Below are positions 1-8,757 of a stretch of DNA of 64,000 nucleotides, in pieces. The position numbers and the translations under genes are program-made. This DNA is from a virus, in IMG/VR virus record IMGVR_UViG_3300042507_005574; one strand, 5' to 3'. The notes beneath the pieces are model-generated. The model was given only the letters and a program-made list of their open reading frames with translations, was not told the DNA's origin and made no database searches. Numbering within the stretch: the stretch's first letter is position 1; each line of letters opens with the position of its first letter.

Positions 1-4
1 AGTA

Positions 5-679
5 ATGAAAGCACATAGAATGGCAAATATCGCTGATGAAATTGCTCCCTTGATGGAGAATTCATTGTACATTGCAGCCGCAAAGAAAAGTTTCCCCCCA
101 ACATTAGCGGTCAGACTCAATAAAGATACTAAATGGTATAACGACACCATCAACAAGATGGTGAGTATTATGATAGATCAGGCAAGATTTCTAGGGGGAA
201 GAATGTCTCTAGAGGATTTGGCAAGACTCGCTAAAGTCAAGTTGGGGCTATTTGAATCGAACGAAATCGAAGAGTCTCCAGTTGTCGATATGCCCACACC
301 ATCAATCCGTGGGTATAGTCCACAGCAATTTGAAAATCGCTTTAGAGATCTAATCGGTATGTTGGGTTTCTCAAAATCTTTACCTATCAAAAAGTTTGGA
401 TCTTCGTTTTGGGTGTCCTTCACAAACACACCAAAGGCAAAGGACTTCGCTTTAACTCTTGAGAAACTTATGAGAAGAAGCGTTAAGTCTAATATGAGAT
501 TAACAAGGGTCGTGGAAATAGAGTCCGATGATGTAGCAATTCAAAAGGGACATGTCCCATCTTCAACCCGTGCCATTGTTGTAGTTAATGTGGCAAGTGT
601 GATGGAGAGTTTTTTGATTGATCAAGGATTCCAAGATTTACTTGAGGCACTAAACAATTTTGAATTAGAAGGGGAATGA
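5..679 (+). CDS. hypothetical protein (true start may lie outside the window)
   Basis: 224-aa ORF followed directly by the next gene (GGGG SD, ATG 681); no recognisable motif. Confidence 0.6.
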   Translation: MKAHRMANIADEIAPLMENSLYIAAAKKSFPPTLAVRLNKDTKWYNDTINKMVSIMIDQARFLGGRMSLEDLARLAKVKLGLFESNEIEESPVVDMPTPSIRGYSPQQFENRFRDLIGMLGFSKSLPIKKFGSSFWVSFTNTPKAKDFALTLEKLMRRSVKSNMRLTRVVEIESDDVAIQKGHVPSSTRAIVVVNVASVMESFLIDQGFQDLLEALNNFELEGE

Positions 680-680
680 A

Positions 681-2096
681 ATGTGGCAACACTGGCAAAG
701 AATAATTTCTGAAGAAGCAAAGAAGTATGGTTATGGAGAGAATGAATTAGAACAAACTGAAACTACTGAAATCTTTGAGGACTACAAGGAAACACTCAAA
801 GGTGTTCGTAAAGTAAAAGTGCTTAAGCCAATCCAATTCGCAAAGTTGGATGTAGGTACAACCTATGTGTTGATGTATGACACCTCCTACATGGGTGAGC
901 CGATGTATAAACTTGGTGCAGATGGAAAGAAGACTTCAGGTCGCATCTCTGGAAAGAAGATTGCAAAGGCAATTGAAGGCGGTCTTATACAAGCACTCAA
1001 GGAAGAAACTGAGGAAACTCAGTTCGTGGAGGACGGCGAGATCGAAGAGGCAAAGGACATTGGGCTTCGTACCGATCTCCATCACCCCAAGGGCAAGGCT
1101 GTAGTTACTAAGGACGGTAAGGTTGTGAAGATCTACCGTACCGAACGGGCCGCTCGTAAACATGCAATGACAGGTAATCCCGTGAAGGAAGATGTTGAAG
1201 TTGCTGAACAGTTCAAGGCAGGGGACAAGGTAAAGGTTCCTCACAAGGGCAAGATGGTCAGCGGCAAGATCGTCCGCTTCGATGATGGCGGCACAAGCAA
1301 GGCACAGCAGCATGGCGGTGGCTATGTGGTTGATGTCGGTGAGCCTGCAAGTATTCTTGTTCCGAAGCAGAAGGTACAAAAAGAAGAGACCGAAGTAGCG
1401 GAAGCAAATCTCACAGAGGGTCCGTATACTGTAATTCCTTATCCCATGATCACCAAGGGACTGCGAGATGCAGCATCGCCGTTCTCTATTCAGTTTGTGG
1501 ATTACAAGGGAAAGGTACTATACCAATATCCAAAACAAGTAAATTCCATTCAAGCCTTACCCGCACACATGGATGGGATCTTCAAGGAAATGCGAGATAG
1601 TGGTTGGCTCTTGCGCCACGGGGGAGCATCGCTGAAGTTATGGCACAGAGTAAACATCCTCGACAAAGACGGTAAGGTTGTCAACAGCATCGCTGCCTTC
1701 GATGTACCGAAGAAGCGTTCTGAAGAATTTGAACTCAGTGAGAATGATTGGGTTAACATTCATGAATCTGCTGCACTTTTAGCGAAGACCGCAGCAAAAG
1801 AAATCACTGCCAAAGCAAGAGAATTGGGAGTTAAAATAATAGTCCAATCAAACACTTCAGTTTCTTTCTCCAAGAATTTCACTAGAGGTAGCAAAGAGGA
1901 GTTCTTCAAAGCATACTCGGATTGCGACAAAGTTCGTAGAATGGTTCGCTTTAAGAGTCGTGTAAATGAGTGGGGAGCATCAACAGGTGGTATTGGACTT
2001 GGAGCACAAGATGATATCGCCAAGGGAGTTGTGACCATTCATAAGAGTGGTGATGGAGCAGCATATCTGCTTAAGGAACTTGATAAATCCAATTAA
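681..2096 (+). CDS. multi-module putative internal head protein
   Basis: Short basic modules (one SH3/KOW-like: FKAGDKVKV...GYVVDV) separated by acidic linkers ending in (L/I/V)xE (IEE-A, VKE-D, LTE-G, LSE-N, IHE-S). Confidence 0.6.
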   Translation: MWQHWQRIISEEAKKYGYGENELEQTETTEIFEDYKETLKGVRKVKVLKPIQFAKLDVGTTYVLMYDTSYMGEPMYKLGADGKKTSGRISGKKIAKAIEGGLIQALKEETEETQFVEDGEIEEAKDIGLRTDLHHPKGKAVVTKDGKVVKIYRTERAARKHAMTGNPVKEDVEVAEQFKAGDKVKVPHKGKMVSGKIVRFDDGGTSKAQQHGGGYVVDVGEPASILVPKQKVQKEETEVAEANLTEGPYTVIPYPMITKGLRDAASPFSIQFVDYKGKVLYQYPKQVNSIQALPAHMDGIFKEMRDSGWLLRHGGASLKLWHRVNILDKDGKVVNSIAAFDVPKKRSEEFELSENDWVNIHESAALLAKTAAKEITAKARELGVKIIVQSNTSVSFSKNFTRGSKEEFFKAYSDCDKVRRMVRFKSRVNEWGASTGGIGLGAQDDIAKGVVTIHKSGDGAAYLLKELDKSN

Positions 2097-2097
2097 T

Positions 2098-2439
2098 ATG
2101 ATGCAGTCTTTCATTAATTTTCTTCCGTCTTACTTTAATAGTTTGAATGAAAGGTTTGACCCTTTCAAAATTTTCTCTTATAAGAAAAGTGCGAATGAGA
2201 AAGATCCTAAGTATGGTAAAAGAGCCATAGTGATTTATAAGACTGAAGATGGTACGAGAGTGGTTTCTTTGTTTCCTCCGATACAACTCAGAACCACTGA
2301 CAATAAGTATGAATTCAACAGACACTTAAATGCATACATCGATTCCCTGAAAAAAGATGGGAATGAATTTGTAAGTGTTCACCAAGAAGGTGATCCGGTT
2401 TTTACGAAGTATGCTAGAGGCATCCCAAAGGAGTCTTGA
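2098..2439 (+). CDS. hypothetical protein with CTS-like N-terminus
   Basis: ATG 2098/2101 just after the upstream stop; MQSFINFL...SLNE. Confidence 0.6.
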   Translation: MMQSFINFLPSYFNSLNERFDPFKIFSYKKSANEKDPKYGKRAIVIYKTEDGTRVVSLFPPIQLRTTDNKYEFNRHLNAYIDSLKKDGNEFVSVHQEGDPVFTKYARGIPKES

Positions 2440-2457
2440 GAAAATTTTAAGAATGTG

Positions 2458-2486
2458 TTGACACGCCCCGCAAGGGGCGTTATCAT
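2458..2486 (+). promoter_or_regulatory. sigma70-type early promoter with hairpin-forming spacer
   Basis: TTGACA-17-TATCAT; spacer overlaps ACGCCCC-GCAA-GGGGCGT. Confidence 0.7.
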
Positions 2487-2553
2487 TTGCTAAATCCTCG
2501 GTGCGACCTTCCCCCTATGCGACAGGGGACGCACACCAACACCAAAGGCAAAT

Positions 2554-2784
2554 ATGAAGGACAAGAAATCAATCGTAATTACCCTTTTCTTCGCATCAGC
2601 AATCACGGTTCTAATTCTCGCTATCTGTCTAAATCTAGCATGGTTTGGTCTTTATGAGTTTGTTAGGGAAAAACTATCTCTATCTTATTTTAGAGCATCA
2701 TGCTTAATCAGTGGGATTTTGTGGTTTTTCGTCATGGTACGCAATACCCCAAAGATGCTGGAGACACTAGAAGGCGACAAATAA
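2554..2784 (+). CDS. small membrane protein
   Basis: Two hydrophobic segments; AAGG SD; downstream of the promoter at 2458. Confidence 0.65.
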   Translation: MKDKKSIVITLFFASAITVLILAICLNLAWFGLYEFVREKLSLSYFRASCLISGILWFFVMVRNTPKMLETLEGDK

Positions 2785-2806
2785 ATATTCAGTAGAAAGG
2801 TTTACA

Positions 2807-3274
2807 ATGAAAAATGAAACTAGAGTTCTCATAACATCCCCTAACGCACCGATCTATCATAATCAAGCACCTAGTGGTGATGCTGAAATTGGAGTTCAGA
2901 ATAGATGGAAAGGTAAGTGTATTAGGGACTTCTACGACACCAGAGAGACCCCGAGTTTAAATGGGGAAAGTAGAAAAGAACTTGTCAGGCTTGTTTTGGT
3001 GTGGGATGATTTAAATCAAACTCCTTCAATCTTTGTGGATGGAGTTTGGACCAATTACGGATACAACAAAGATGCACTCATTATTCCGGGAACTAGTGAG
3101 GAAACTCTGAATAGTTTTAAAGATTGGTATTCAAGAAATCCTAATTCCAATATTGAATCTAAGATATTAGATCTTTCCATAAAGACTGAAATCAATACCA
3201 ACGAAAACAAATCGGCAGCAAGAGATGAAATGAATCAAATATTCAATTCATATCTTTCCGAAATTGATTCTTAA
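2807..3274 (+). CDS. hypothetical protein
   Basis: 155-aa ORF with AAGG SD. Confidence 0.65.
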   Translation: MKNETRVLITSPNAPIYHNQAPSGDAEIGVQNRWKGKCIRDFYDTRETPSLNGESRKELVRLVLVWDDLNQTPSIFVDGVWTNYGYNKDALIIPGTSEETLNSFKDWYSRNPNSNIESKILDLSIKTEINTNENKSAARDEMNQIFNSYLSEIDS

Positions 3275-3301
3275 GATAAGATACATCAACCTTGGCAAGG
3301 G

Positions 3302-3327
3302 GCGGGAGGGGAAACCCTCCCGCTTTC
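3302..3327 (+). terminator. intrinsic terminator
   Basis: GCGGGAGGG-GAAA-CCCTCCCGC perfect hairpin followed by TTTC. Confidence 0.75.
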
Positions 3328-3335
3328 AATTCAAC

Positions 3336-3341
3336 TAAATA
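3336..3341 (+). promoter_or_regulatory. T4-like late promoter core (TAAATA); further copies at about 10328, 12423, 13657, 14941, 17436, 18595, 25525, 40428, 45649, 49054, 49927, 53831, 54845, 61670
   Basis: Recurrent TAAATA in short intergenic gaps before structural or cargo genes; resembles T4 gp55-dependent TATAAATA. Confidence 0.7.
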
Positions 3342-3346
3342 AACTG

Positions 3347-3637
3347 ATGAGATCTTTTTTTCAGCATATACAGGAAAATTCTACAGCCAACATGATATAT
3401 CTTAGTGGTGGTGCCGGTTTTGCAATCGACAAGGTTGCTTCTGATTTTGATGTTGAAGATGTTCCTGATTCCACTAAAAAGAAAATGAAACCTTGGGAAG
3501 TGGAGAATGCTGACTTAGCGAATCAGAGAAGAGAGTTCATTCTAAAGTGGATGAGATCAGTATCCTCAAACAAAGAAGAAGCAGTTAACTCTAAAAGTTT
3601 ACCTCAAACGCCAGCGTGGCAGTCGAGAACTAGATGA
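3347..3637 (+). CDS. hypothetical protein with CTS-like N-terminus
   Basis: MRSFFQHIQE; late promoter 5 nt upstream. Confidence 0.65.
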   Translation: MRSFFQHIQENSTANMIYLSGGAGFAIDKVASDFDVEDVPDSTKKKMKPWEVENADLANQRREFILKWMRSVSSNKEEAVNSKSLPQTPAWQSRTR

Positions 3638-4542
3638 AATCATTTTCAAACTACTTAATTGAAAAACATGATGGCAGTGGGGACTGTATGCAAGCAGCCG
3701 CCAATCTAATGCTGCGATTCTACACCGATCTCTACGGCAAGCGTGAGAAGGCAAAGGGAAGCCCCGTGCTTGTACATGCGCTCGTATACGGACGGGGAGA
3801 AGTTAATGGACTTCGATTCCCACATGCTTGGGTCGAGGATGGCGATGAGGTCATCGATAAATCAAATGGTCTTAATGTAAGACTCCCGAAGAAATTGTAT
3901 TACACCTTGGGAAAGATCGATCCGAATCAGAAGGGTGCTTATAAGAAGTATGCATTCTCCGATATGAAGAAGAAATTAATCTCCACTGGTCACTATGGTC
4001 CTTGGGACTTGGATGAGAAACTTGAGGAGTCAAAGGGAATTGTGGTGAACCGTAAAGGGATAGGCAAAAAAAGAGTTCAGGTTGCAACCAAGATCATGAA
4101 TGTGTTGACTGAGGGAATAGTTACCGGTAGACCTACAACTGGATCATATACTTACACACAGAATCCTGCTCCCACACAGGGAAAAATGGTATCGTGGAAT
4201 GAACTTAAGACTCTAGAGTCAGTTTTGGATAACATGTTTCGTGCGGCAAAACTAGACATAGCGTTCACCCGTCATTTCTGGGAGCGTGTAAATGGAAGTC
4301 GTGGCTATGGTGGAACAGTTAGTATTCCTGAGATACAAGATGCTTTCAGGAAGACATATGAAAAGTATGCACAACAAATTAGCACTCATCCAGTTAATTG
4401 GAAGGCAATCATCAATGATGTTAGTAAAGATTTGAATATGCCATTTACACTTGACTGGGAGGGGAGCATGAAGAAGATGGTTATGGTTACAGCAATGAAG
4501 AAACCAGACTTTAAGAGTCCGGATCCAAAATTAAAAGTATAA
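3634..4542 (+). CDS. two-domain protein: papain/transglutaminase-like domain plus conserved T4-like C-terminal domain
   Basis: MKSFSNYLIE; GDCMQAA...HAWVE...ID (Cys-His-acid pattern); linkers KLEE-S and VLTE-G; C-domain FTRHFWERVN. Confidence 0.6.
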   Translation: MKSFSNYLIEKHDGSGDCMQAAANLMLRFYTDLYGKREKAKGSPVLVHALVYGRGEVNGLRFPHAWVEDGDEVIDKSNGLNVRLPKKLYYTLGKIDPNQKGAYKKYAFSDMKKKLISTGHYGPWDLDEKLEESKGIVVNRKGIGKKRVQVATKIMNVLTEGIVTGRPTTGSYTYTQNPAPTQGKMVSWNELKTLESVLDNMFRAAKLDIAFTRHFWERVNGSRGYGGTVSIPEIQDAFRKTYEKYAQQISTHPVNWKAIINDVSKDLNMPFTLDWEGSMKKMVMVTAMKKPDFKSPDPKLKV

Positions 4543-4552
4543 GGAGAATAGC

Positions 4553-5554
4553 GTGTTAAAGACATACAATGAATTTAGACACCACTTAGAAGAGAAGTTG
4601 CTCATTCTAGGTGGAGGTAAAAGATATGGACAGGCCGTAATTCTTGCAGGAGGAGCAGGGTCTGGTAAATCATATGCCACGAATCATTTCATCCAAGGTG
4701 AGAACTATAAGATTCTTAATGTGGATGATCTTAAAGATCTTGTGCTGAAATTGTCTAAGTCTTCTCAGAGAATTGGACTCAGTACCAAGATGCAAGTTCT
4801 TCTTCCTCAAGTTTCAAATCTTGACTTGAAAAATCCTAATGACACATCTAAGTTACATCAACTCATGAAAGATTTTGATCCTGACGAGAAGAGGATCTCT
4901 CAAATATTGTTCAATCCAGGTGGAACTAGATCATACATGCCAAACTTGATGTTTGACTGCACCCTCAAATCACAGAGTGATGCTCTTTTTACTGTTGGTA
5001 CTCTTCGTGCCGCTGGCTATAAGCCAGAAGACATTCACATTGTTTGGATTTTGACCGACTTCAAAATTGCTCTTCGTCAAAATTACGGTAGAGGAAGAAG
5101 AATTTTTAATGACATTCTTCTTGATACTCATTTAGGTGCAAAAATGACCATGACTGATCTAGTGTTGAAAAACTACAGTAAACTAAACATCAATGGCGAT
5201 TTAGCGATCATTATTGGAGGCCCACAGCAAAAATATGGAGATATGCCTTGGCAAAATGTCGGAAGCAAAATGATTAAGACTGGAGGACAAGTTCTTCCAG
5301 TTCATTTGGACAAGAATGGTGATCCAATGAAACCCGGTTTTACTGGAAAAGCCTATGGACAAAAAACCGCTGCTCCAGCCGAATGGGCAAAGGACTTCAC
5401 ATATTTCAGATTGAAAAAGGCAGGAAAACAGGGAATAGATGAATCGCAGATGGAAAGAATCAATTGGTTCATGAATCTGTTGACACCATTTGGAGATCGA
5501 AAAGAACTCTCAACTAGCCTGTCCAAAATGTATCCTGAAACGGGAAAATCTTAA
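4553..5554 (+). CDS. P-loop kinase, zeta-toxin/AAA_33-like
   Basis: LAGGAGSGKS Walker A, LNVDD, LMFDCT, ALRQNYGRGR lid; GTG start with AAGGAG SD; N-terminus MLKTYNEF. Confidence 0.75.
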   Translation: MLKTYNEFRHHLEEKLLILGGGKRYGQAVILAGGAGSGKSYATNHFIQGENYKILNVDDLKDLVLKLSKSSQRIGLSTKMQVLLPQVSNLDLKNPNDTSKLHQLMKDFDPDEKRISQILFNPGGTRSYMPNLMFDCTLKSQSDALFTVGTLRAAGYKPEDIHIVWILTDFKIALRQNYGRGRRIFNDILLDTHLGAKMTMTDLVLKNYSKLNINGDLAIIIGGPQQKYGDMPWQNVGSKMIKTGGQVLPVHLDKNGDPMKPGFTGKAYGQKTAAPAEWAKDFTYFRLKKAGKQGIDESQMERINWFMNLLTPFGDRKELSTSLSKMYPETGKS

Positions 5555-5597
5555 AGTAAACTCTTGAACATAGTAATTAATGGAGTAAATTAGCACC

Positions 5598-6185
5598 ATG
5601 CAAAATCCAATCAATCTACACAATTTGCTCGTTTCAAACAGTAAACTTGTTCGTGAGAAGAAAGAACTAATTCGTTTAGTGAGACTTCTGAATACAACTC
5701 TGAATCAGATGTCTGATGTTGCAGGTTCATATAGCAAACAGGTCTCTGATGAAGCGGAAAAATATAAGACTTTGCCCAAAGGATTCTTAGTCAATTTACT
5801 AAAGAATAGAAGTTCTTTTGAACAAGTTATGGCAGCAACGAAAGAAACTGCCAAGACGGTTGAGAAGAGTGTATCTGAGACATCAGGTGACATAGATGAT
5901 AATGTCATGGGAAATGCATATTTCGATTCTCTCATCGAAGAGATGAATAGAATTAAGAGTAATTCCATCAAAAACAATTACATGAATCAGTTGTGGTTTG
6001 AGGGTTATATGGGATCTGATGGGAAGTGGAAGTTCAAGAAAGTCGATAAGAACAATCCAAAATATAATAACAATATCTTTGGTAATAATTTACAAGACTA
6101 CTTGAATGATCAGATCAATAAACTGTTCAATGATATGAACAATGATTCCGATGATTATAATATTCCTCCAGAGGAGAATGTTTGA
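5598..6185 (+). CDS. hypothetical protein
   Basis: 195-aa helical, Asn-rich ORF; possible promoter TTGAAC-16-TAAATT at 5564-5591. Confidence 0.6.
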   Translation: MQNPINLHNLLVSNSKLVREKKELIRLVRLLNTTLNQMSDVAGSYSKQVSDEAEKYKTLPKGFLVNLLKNRSSFEQVMAATKETAKTVEKSVSETSGDIDDNVMGNAYFDSLIEEMNRIKSNSIKNNYMNQLWFEGYMGSDGKWKFKKVDKNNPKYNNNIFGNNLQDYLNDQINKLFNDMNNDSDDYNIPPEENV

Positions 6186-6766
6186 TGGACAGTTGCAGAA
6201 CATATATGTTGAATGAGGCATCTTTAATTCGCCTCTATCAACACACGGTAGAGAGAAATATCGGAATAATTACCGCTTACCGTGGTAGATATCCTACTAG
6301 TGAAAACAAGAGAAGAAATTCTGTTTTGCAGGCTGATATACGGGCAGCAGGATTTGGTTTTTATCGTGTTGAGGGCCATTACATTGAGGGATACGGTTCA
6401 GATGTCTCTAAGGATGTAAAGGAACAATGTTTTCTTGTTATCGGTGACAAGGGTAATGATGATGGAAAATTGAAGGGACTTATGAAGAAGTGGGGGGCGA
6501 AATATAATCAAGACTCAATTTTCTATAAGTCATTCGATGAAAAAGCGGTTCTTATTGGAACTCAATCTAAAGACGAAGATGGGAATCCCGTGGAGTTTCC
6601 CGGTCTTGGAAAGGAAGTTTCAGTAGGCGTTTATAAGCCTATGAAGATGGGTCAATTCTATAGTAGGATGAAGGGTAAGCCTTTCGTATTTGAATCTTAT
6701 GGTATCCCCAAAACTTGGATCGAAATGTATGCAGAATATCTTCAACATAAGGTAGAAGATACTTGA
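6182..6766 (+). CDS. conserved T4-like phage protein
   Basis: GIITAYRG...ENKRRN...GHYIE...YNQDSI pattern seen in large-phage proteins; MLNE-ASL site near the N-terminus. Confidence 0.65.
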   Translation: MMDSCRTYMLNEASLIRLYQHTVERNIGIITAYRGRYPTSENKRRNSVLQADIRAAGFGFYRVEGHYIEGYGSDVSKDVKEQCFLVIGDKGNDDGKLKGLMKKWGAKYNQDSIFYKSFDEKAVLIGTQSKDEDGNPVEFPGLGKEVSVGVYKPMKMGQFYSRMKGKPFVFESYGIPKTWIEMYAEYLQHKVEDT

Positions 6767-6791
6767 CATCAACATCATTTGGCATTATACT
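6763..6791 (+). promoter_or_regulatory. sigma70-type promoter
   Basis: TTGACA-17-TATACT, ATG 6 nt downstream. Confidence 0.8.
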
Positions 6792-6797
6792 ATAAGC

Positions 6798-7142
6798 ATG
6801 AACCAAGAAACCCTATCTCAACAAGAAATCGATGAGTTGCATACGAGTGTGACTCTTCTTCGCAACGCTCTACAACAGCACATCTGTATGGTCACCTTTA
6901 CGAAGTCTGATGGTACTGAGCGCACTATGTACTGCACTCTTCGTAATGATAGTCTCCCAAGCCGCACCATCGAAGAGGCGGCAGAATCCTACAAGAGGCA
7001 AAAGGAGCAGAGACCCCGACCATTCACCAACATCTCAGTTTGGGATTTGGAGAACAATGCATGGCGGTCTTTTAACATCGACAAGGTTGACTCATTCGTT
7101 GTCGGAGTTGAGTTCCCACCGAACAAACCTGAGCATAACTGA
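6798..7142 (+). CDS. WYL_2 / SH3-fold phage protein
   Basis: VTFTKSDGTERTMYCTL...VWDLENNAWRSF. Confidence 0.75.
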   Translation: MNQETLSQQEIDELHTSVTLLRNALQQHICMVTFTKSDGTERTMYCTLRNDSLPSRTIEEAAESYKRQKEQRPRPFTNISVWDLENNAWRSFNIDKVDSFVVGVEFPPNKPEHN

Positions 7143-7151
7143 AACTAACCT

Positions 7152-7225
7152 GTCTCCGTAACTCAGTTGGATAGAGTAACTGCCTTCTAAGCAGTAAGTC
7201 ATAGGTTCGAATCCTATCGGGGACG
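7152..7225 (+). tRNA. tRNA-Arg(UCU)
   Basis: Cloverleaf; ACTGC-CT-TCT-AA-GCAGT; TTCGAAT T-loop. Confidence 0.95.
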
Positions 7226-7230
7226 CTTTC

Positions 7231-7303
7231 GCTTCGGTAACTCAGTTGGTAGAGTAGCGGACTTTTAATCCGCAAGTCGTGGGTTCGATCCCCACCCGAA
7301 GCA
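7231..7303 (+). tRNA. tRNA-Lys(UUU)
   Basis: GCGGA-CT-TTT-AA-TCCGC anticodon arm. Confidence 0.95.
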
Positions 7304-7306
7304 TTC

Positions 7307-7390
7307 GACTTTGTGGCGGAATTGGCATACGCAAAGGTCTTAGAAGCCTTCGGAGTAACATCCTTGTGGGTTCGACTCCCACCAAAGTCA
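7307..7390 (+). tRNA. tRNA-Leu(UAG)
   Basis: AAGGT-CT-TAG-AA-GCCTT; long variable arm. Confidence 0.93.
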
Positions 7391-7403
7391 TTGAAAGGAA
7401 ATC

Positions 7404-7488
7404 GGCTCTGTGGCGGAACAGGCAGACGCAGTGGACTTAAAATCCACAGCCCTAATAAGGCGTGGGGGTTCGATTCCCCCCGGAGTCA
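7404..7488 (+). tRNA. tRNA-Leu(UAA)
   Basis: GTGGA-CT-TAA-AA-TCCAC; long variable arm. Confidence 0.93.
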
Positions 7489-7513
7489 TTTAAGATCTTA
7501 CATAATTACTTTC

Positions 7514-7708
7514 ATGGAAAAGTTAGACTGGGAAAAAGAAGATAAGAAAACCTTGATCGCTTTGGTCAAGTTTTCTCTTAATTTCGCTTCCTATGTGAGG
7601 GAAATGAATCCTGAACTTTGGAAAAAGGCAGGAGAGTATGCGGCAGACTTCACTAAAGAGGAAGGTGTTGAATTTACACCTAGTGAAGAAGATGAAAATC
7701 AATCTTGA
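7514..7708 (+). CDS. small hypothetical protein
   Basis: MEKLDWEKEDKK...; real 3' part of track ORF 7313..7708. Confidence 0.6.
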   Translation: MEKLDWEKEDKKTLIALVKFSLNFASYVREMNPELWKKAGEYAADFTKEEGVEFTPSEEDENQS

Positions 7709-7728
7709 ATAATTTTTTCTGTATCCCA

Positions 7729-7756
7729 TTGACACAAGAACAAAAGTAGTTACAAT
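7729..7756 (+). promoter_or_regulatory. sigma70-type promoter
   Basis: TTGACA-16-TACAAT. Confidence 0.7.
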
Positions 7757-7765
7757 TAAACCAAC

Positions 7766-8062
7766 ATGGACAAGATCCCAAACGACATTCAAGAAGTTTT
7801 GTTAGACTATTTGATCTGTAAGATTCAAGAGATCAGCGAGAGAAAGTTTTACTCTCCTTGGATCAAGGGAATTGAGTTTAAGGTTTGGGATGCAATCAAC
7901 GATCAAGAAATTTCAAATCTTGTGAGTGCAGATGAAGCAGCATTTCTTCGAACTGCATCAAGGGCTACAAATTCTTGGATTACTTTGGATAGTGGATTAA
8001 GCGGTCAAGGTGAAATCGTCGTTATTCCCATTTCTGAATGGAAGAAAAAGTGTCTTACTTAA
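7766..8062 (+). CDS. hypothetical protein
   Basis: 98-aa ORF downstream of the promoter, ending directly before the tmRNA. Confidence 0.65.
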   Translation: MDKIPNDIQEVLLDYLICKIQEISERKFYSPWIKGIEFKVWDAINDQEISNLVSADEAAFLRTASRATNSWITLDSGLSGQGEIVVIPISEWKKKCLT

Positions 8063-8455
8063 GGGGGCGAACAGGTATCGACTAGACAAAACATACAAGA
8101 ACAGCATGCAGGAGATGGTTACTAGGCTCCTTTAAAAATGTGACCAAACAACAACTGCCAATAACAAGAGCAGATTCGTTTACGCAAAGCCCGTTGCTCG
8201 TCAGCGTCGCCTTGCTCTCGCCGCCTAAAGATCGGTGAGAAAGAGTTAGATGATCCCGATAATCTAACTCTTAAAATCGGGACTCGCACCAGGGACAAAC
8301 GGCTTCACTCACATGTGCCGTGTGCGTATGAGAAACAGGTGAGAACCTTGTGAGGAACCCTTAGCCTCACTTGGAATTCTAAAGGGGAAGCATGTAGGTA
8401 AAGTGGTTCTTGTAAGGATTGTATTAGCACGGGGGTTCGATTCCCCCCGCCTCCA
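8063..8455 (+). ncRNA. ssrA: tmRNA; tag ORF 8157-8228 encodes ANNKSRFVYAKPVARQRRLALAA*
   Basis: 5' GGGGGCGAACAGGTATCGAC pairs with 3' CGCCTCCA (G3:U pair); T-arm GGGGGTTCGATTCCCCC; internal reading frame ends LALAA-stop. Confidence 0.93.
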
Positions 8456-8502
8456 TTCGGGGATCTAGCCATCCCCAATTCAACTCTAACAAAGGAGAAA
8501 AA

Positions 8503-8712
8503 ATGGCTAAGAATGAGACTGGTTCGTGTCCGTTGTTTGGTGGTTGTGATAAGTTGTCTTGCCTTCTTTCGAAGGTCGGCATCAATCGTAGCCTTTTGAT
8601 CACGCTTGGACTTCTTCCGTTCGCATGGAATGGAGTTGTCTTCCTTAAGAATTTCGTTGTCAGCGTTTGGTCGCATCTATCGACCGGGCTGACCACGGCT
8701 TTCGGTGGGTGA
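8503..8712 (+). CDS. small hydrophobic protein
   Basis: AAGGAG SD; hydrophobic C-terminal half. Confidence 0.65.
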   Translation: MAKNETGSCPLFGGCDKLSCLLSKVGINRSLLITLGLLPFAWNGVVFLKNFVVSVWSHLSTGLTTAFGG

Positions 8713-8733
8713 TACAAAGTCTCACGACATATA

Positions 8734-8757
8734 CCCTTGCAGGGATGCAAGGGGTTT
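8734..8757 (+). terminator. hairpin (terminator or processing signal) before tRNA-Gly
   Basis: CCCTTGCA-GGGA-TGCAAGGG-GTTT. Confidence 0.5.

Noticed and set aside
7072-7513. ORF 7072..7275 (-) and the 5' part of 7313..7708
   Set aside because: They overlap tRNAs; only 7514..7708 is plausible coding
8305-8750. Minus-strand ORFs over the tmRNA 3' end
   Set aside because: Antisense to the tmRNA and to a + gene with a strong SD
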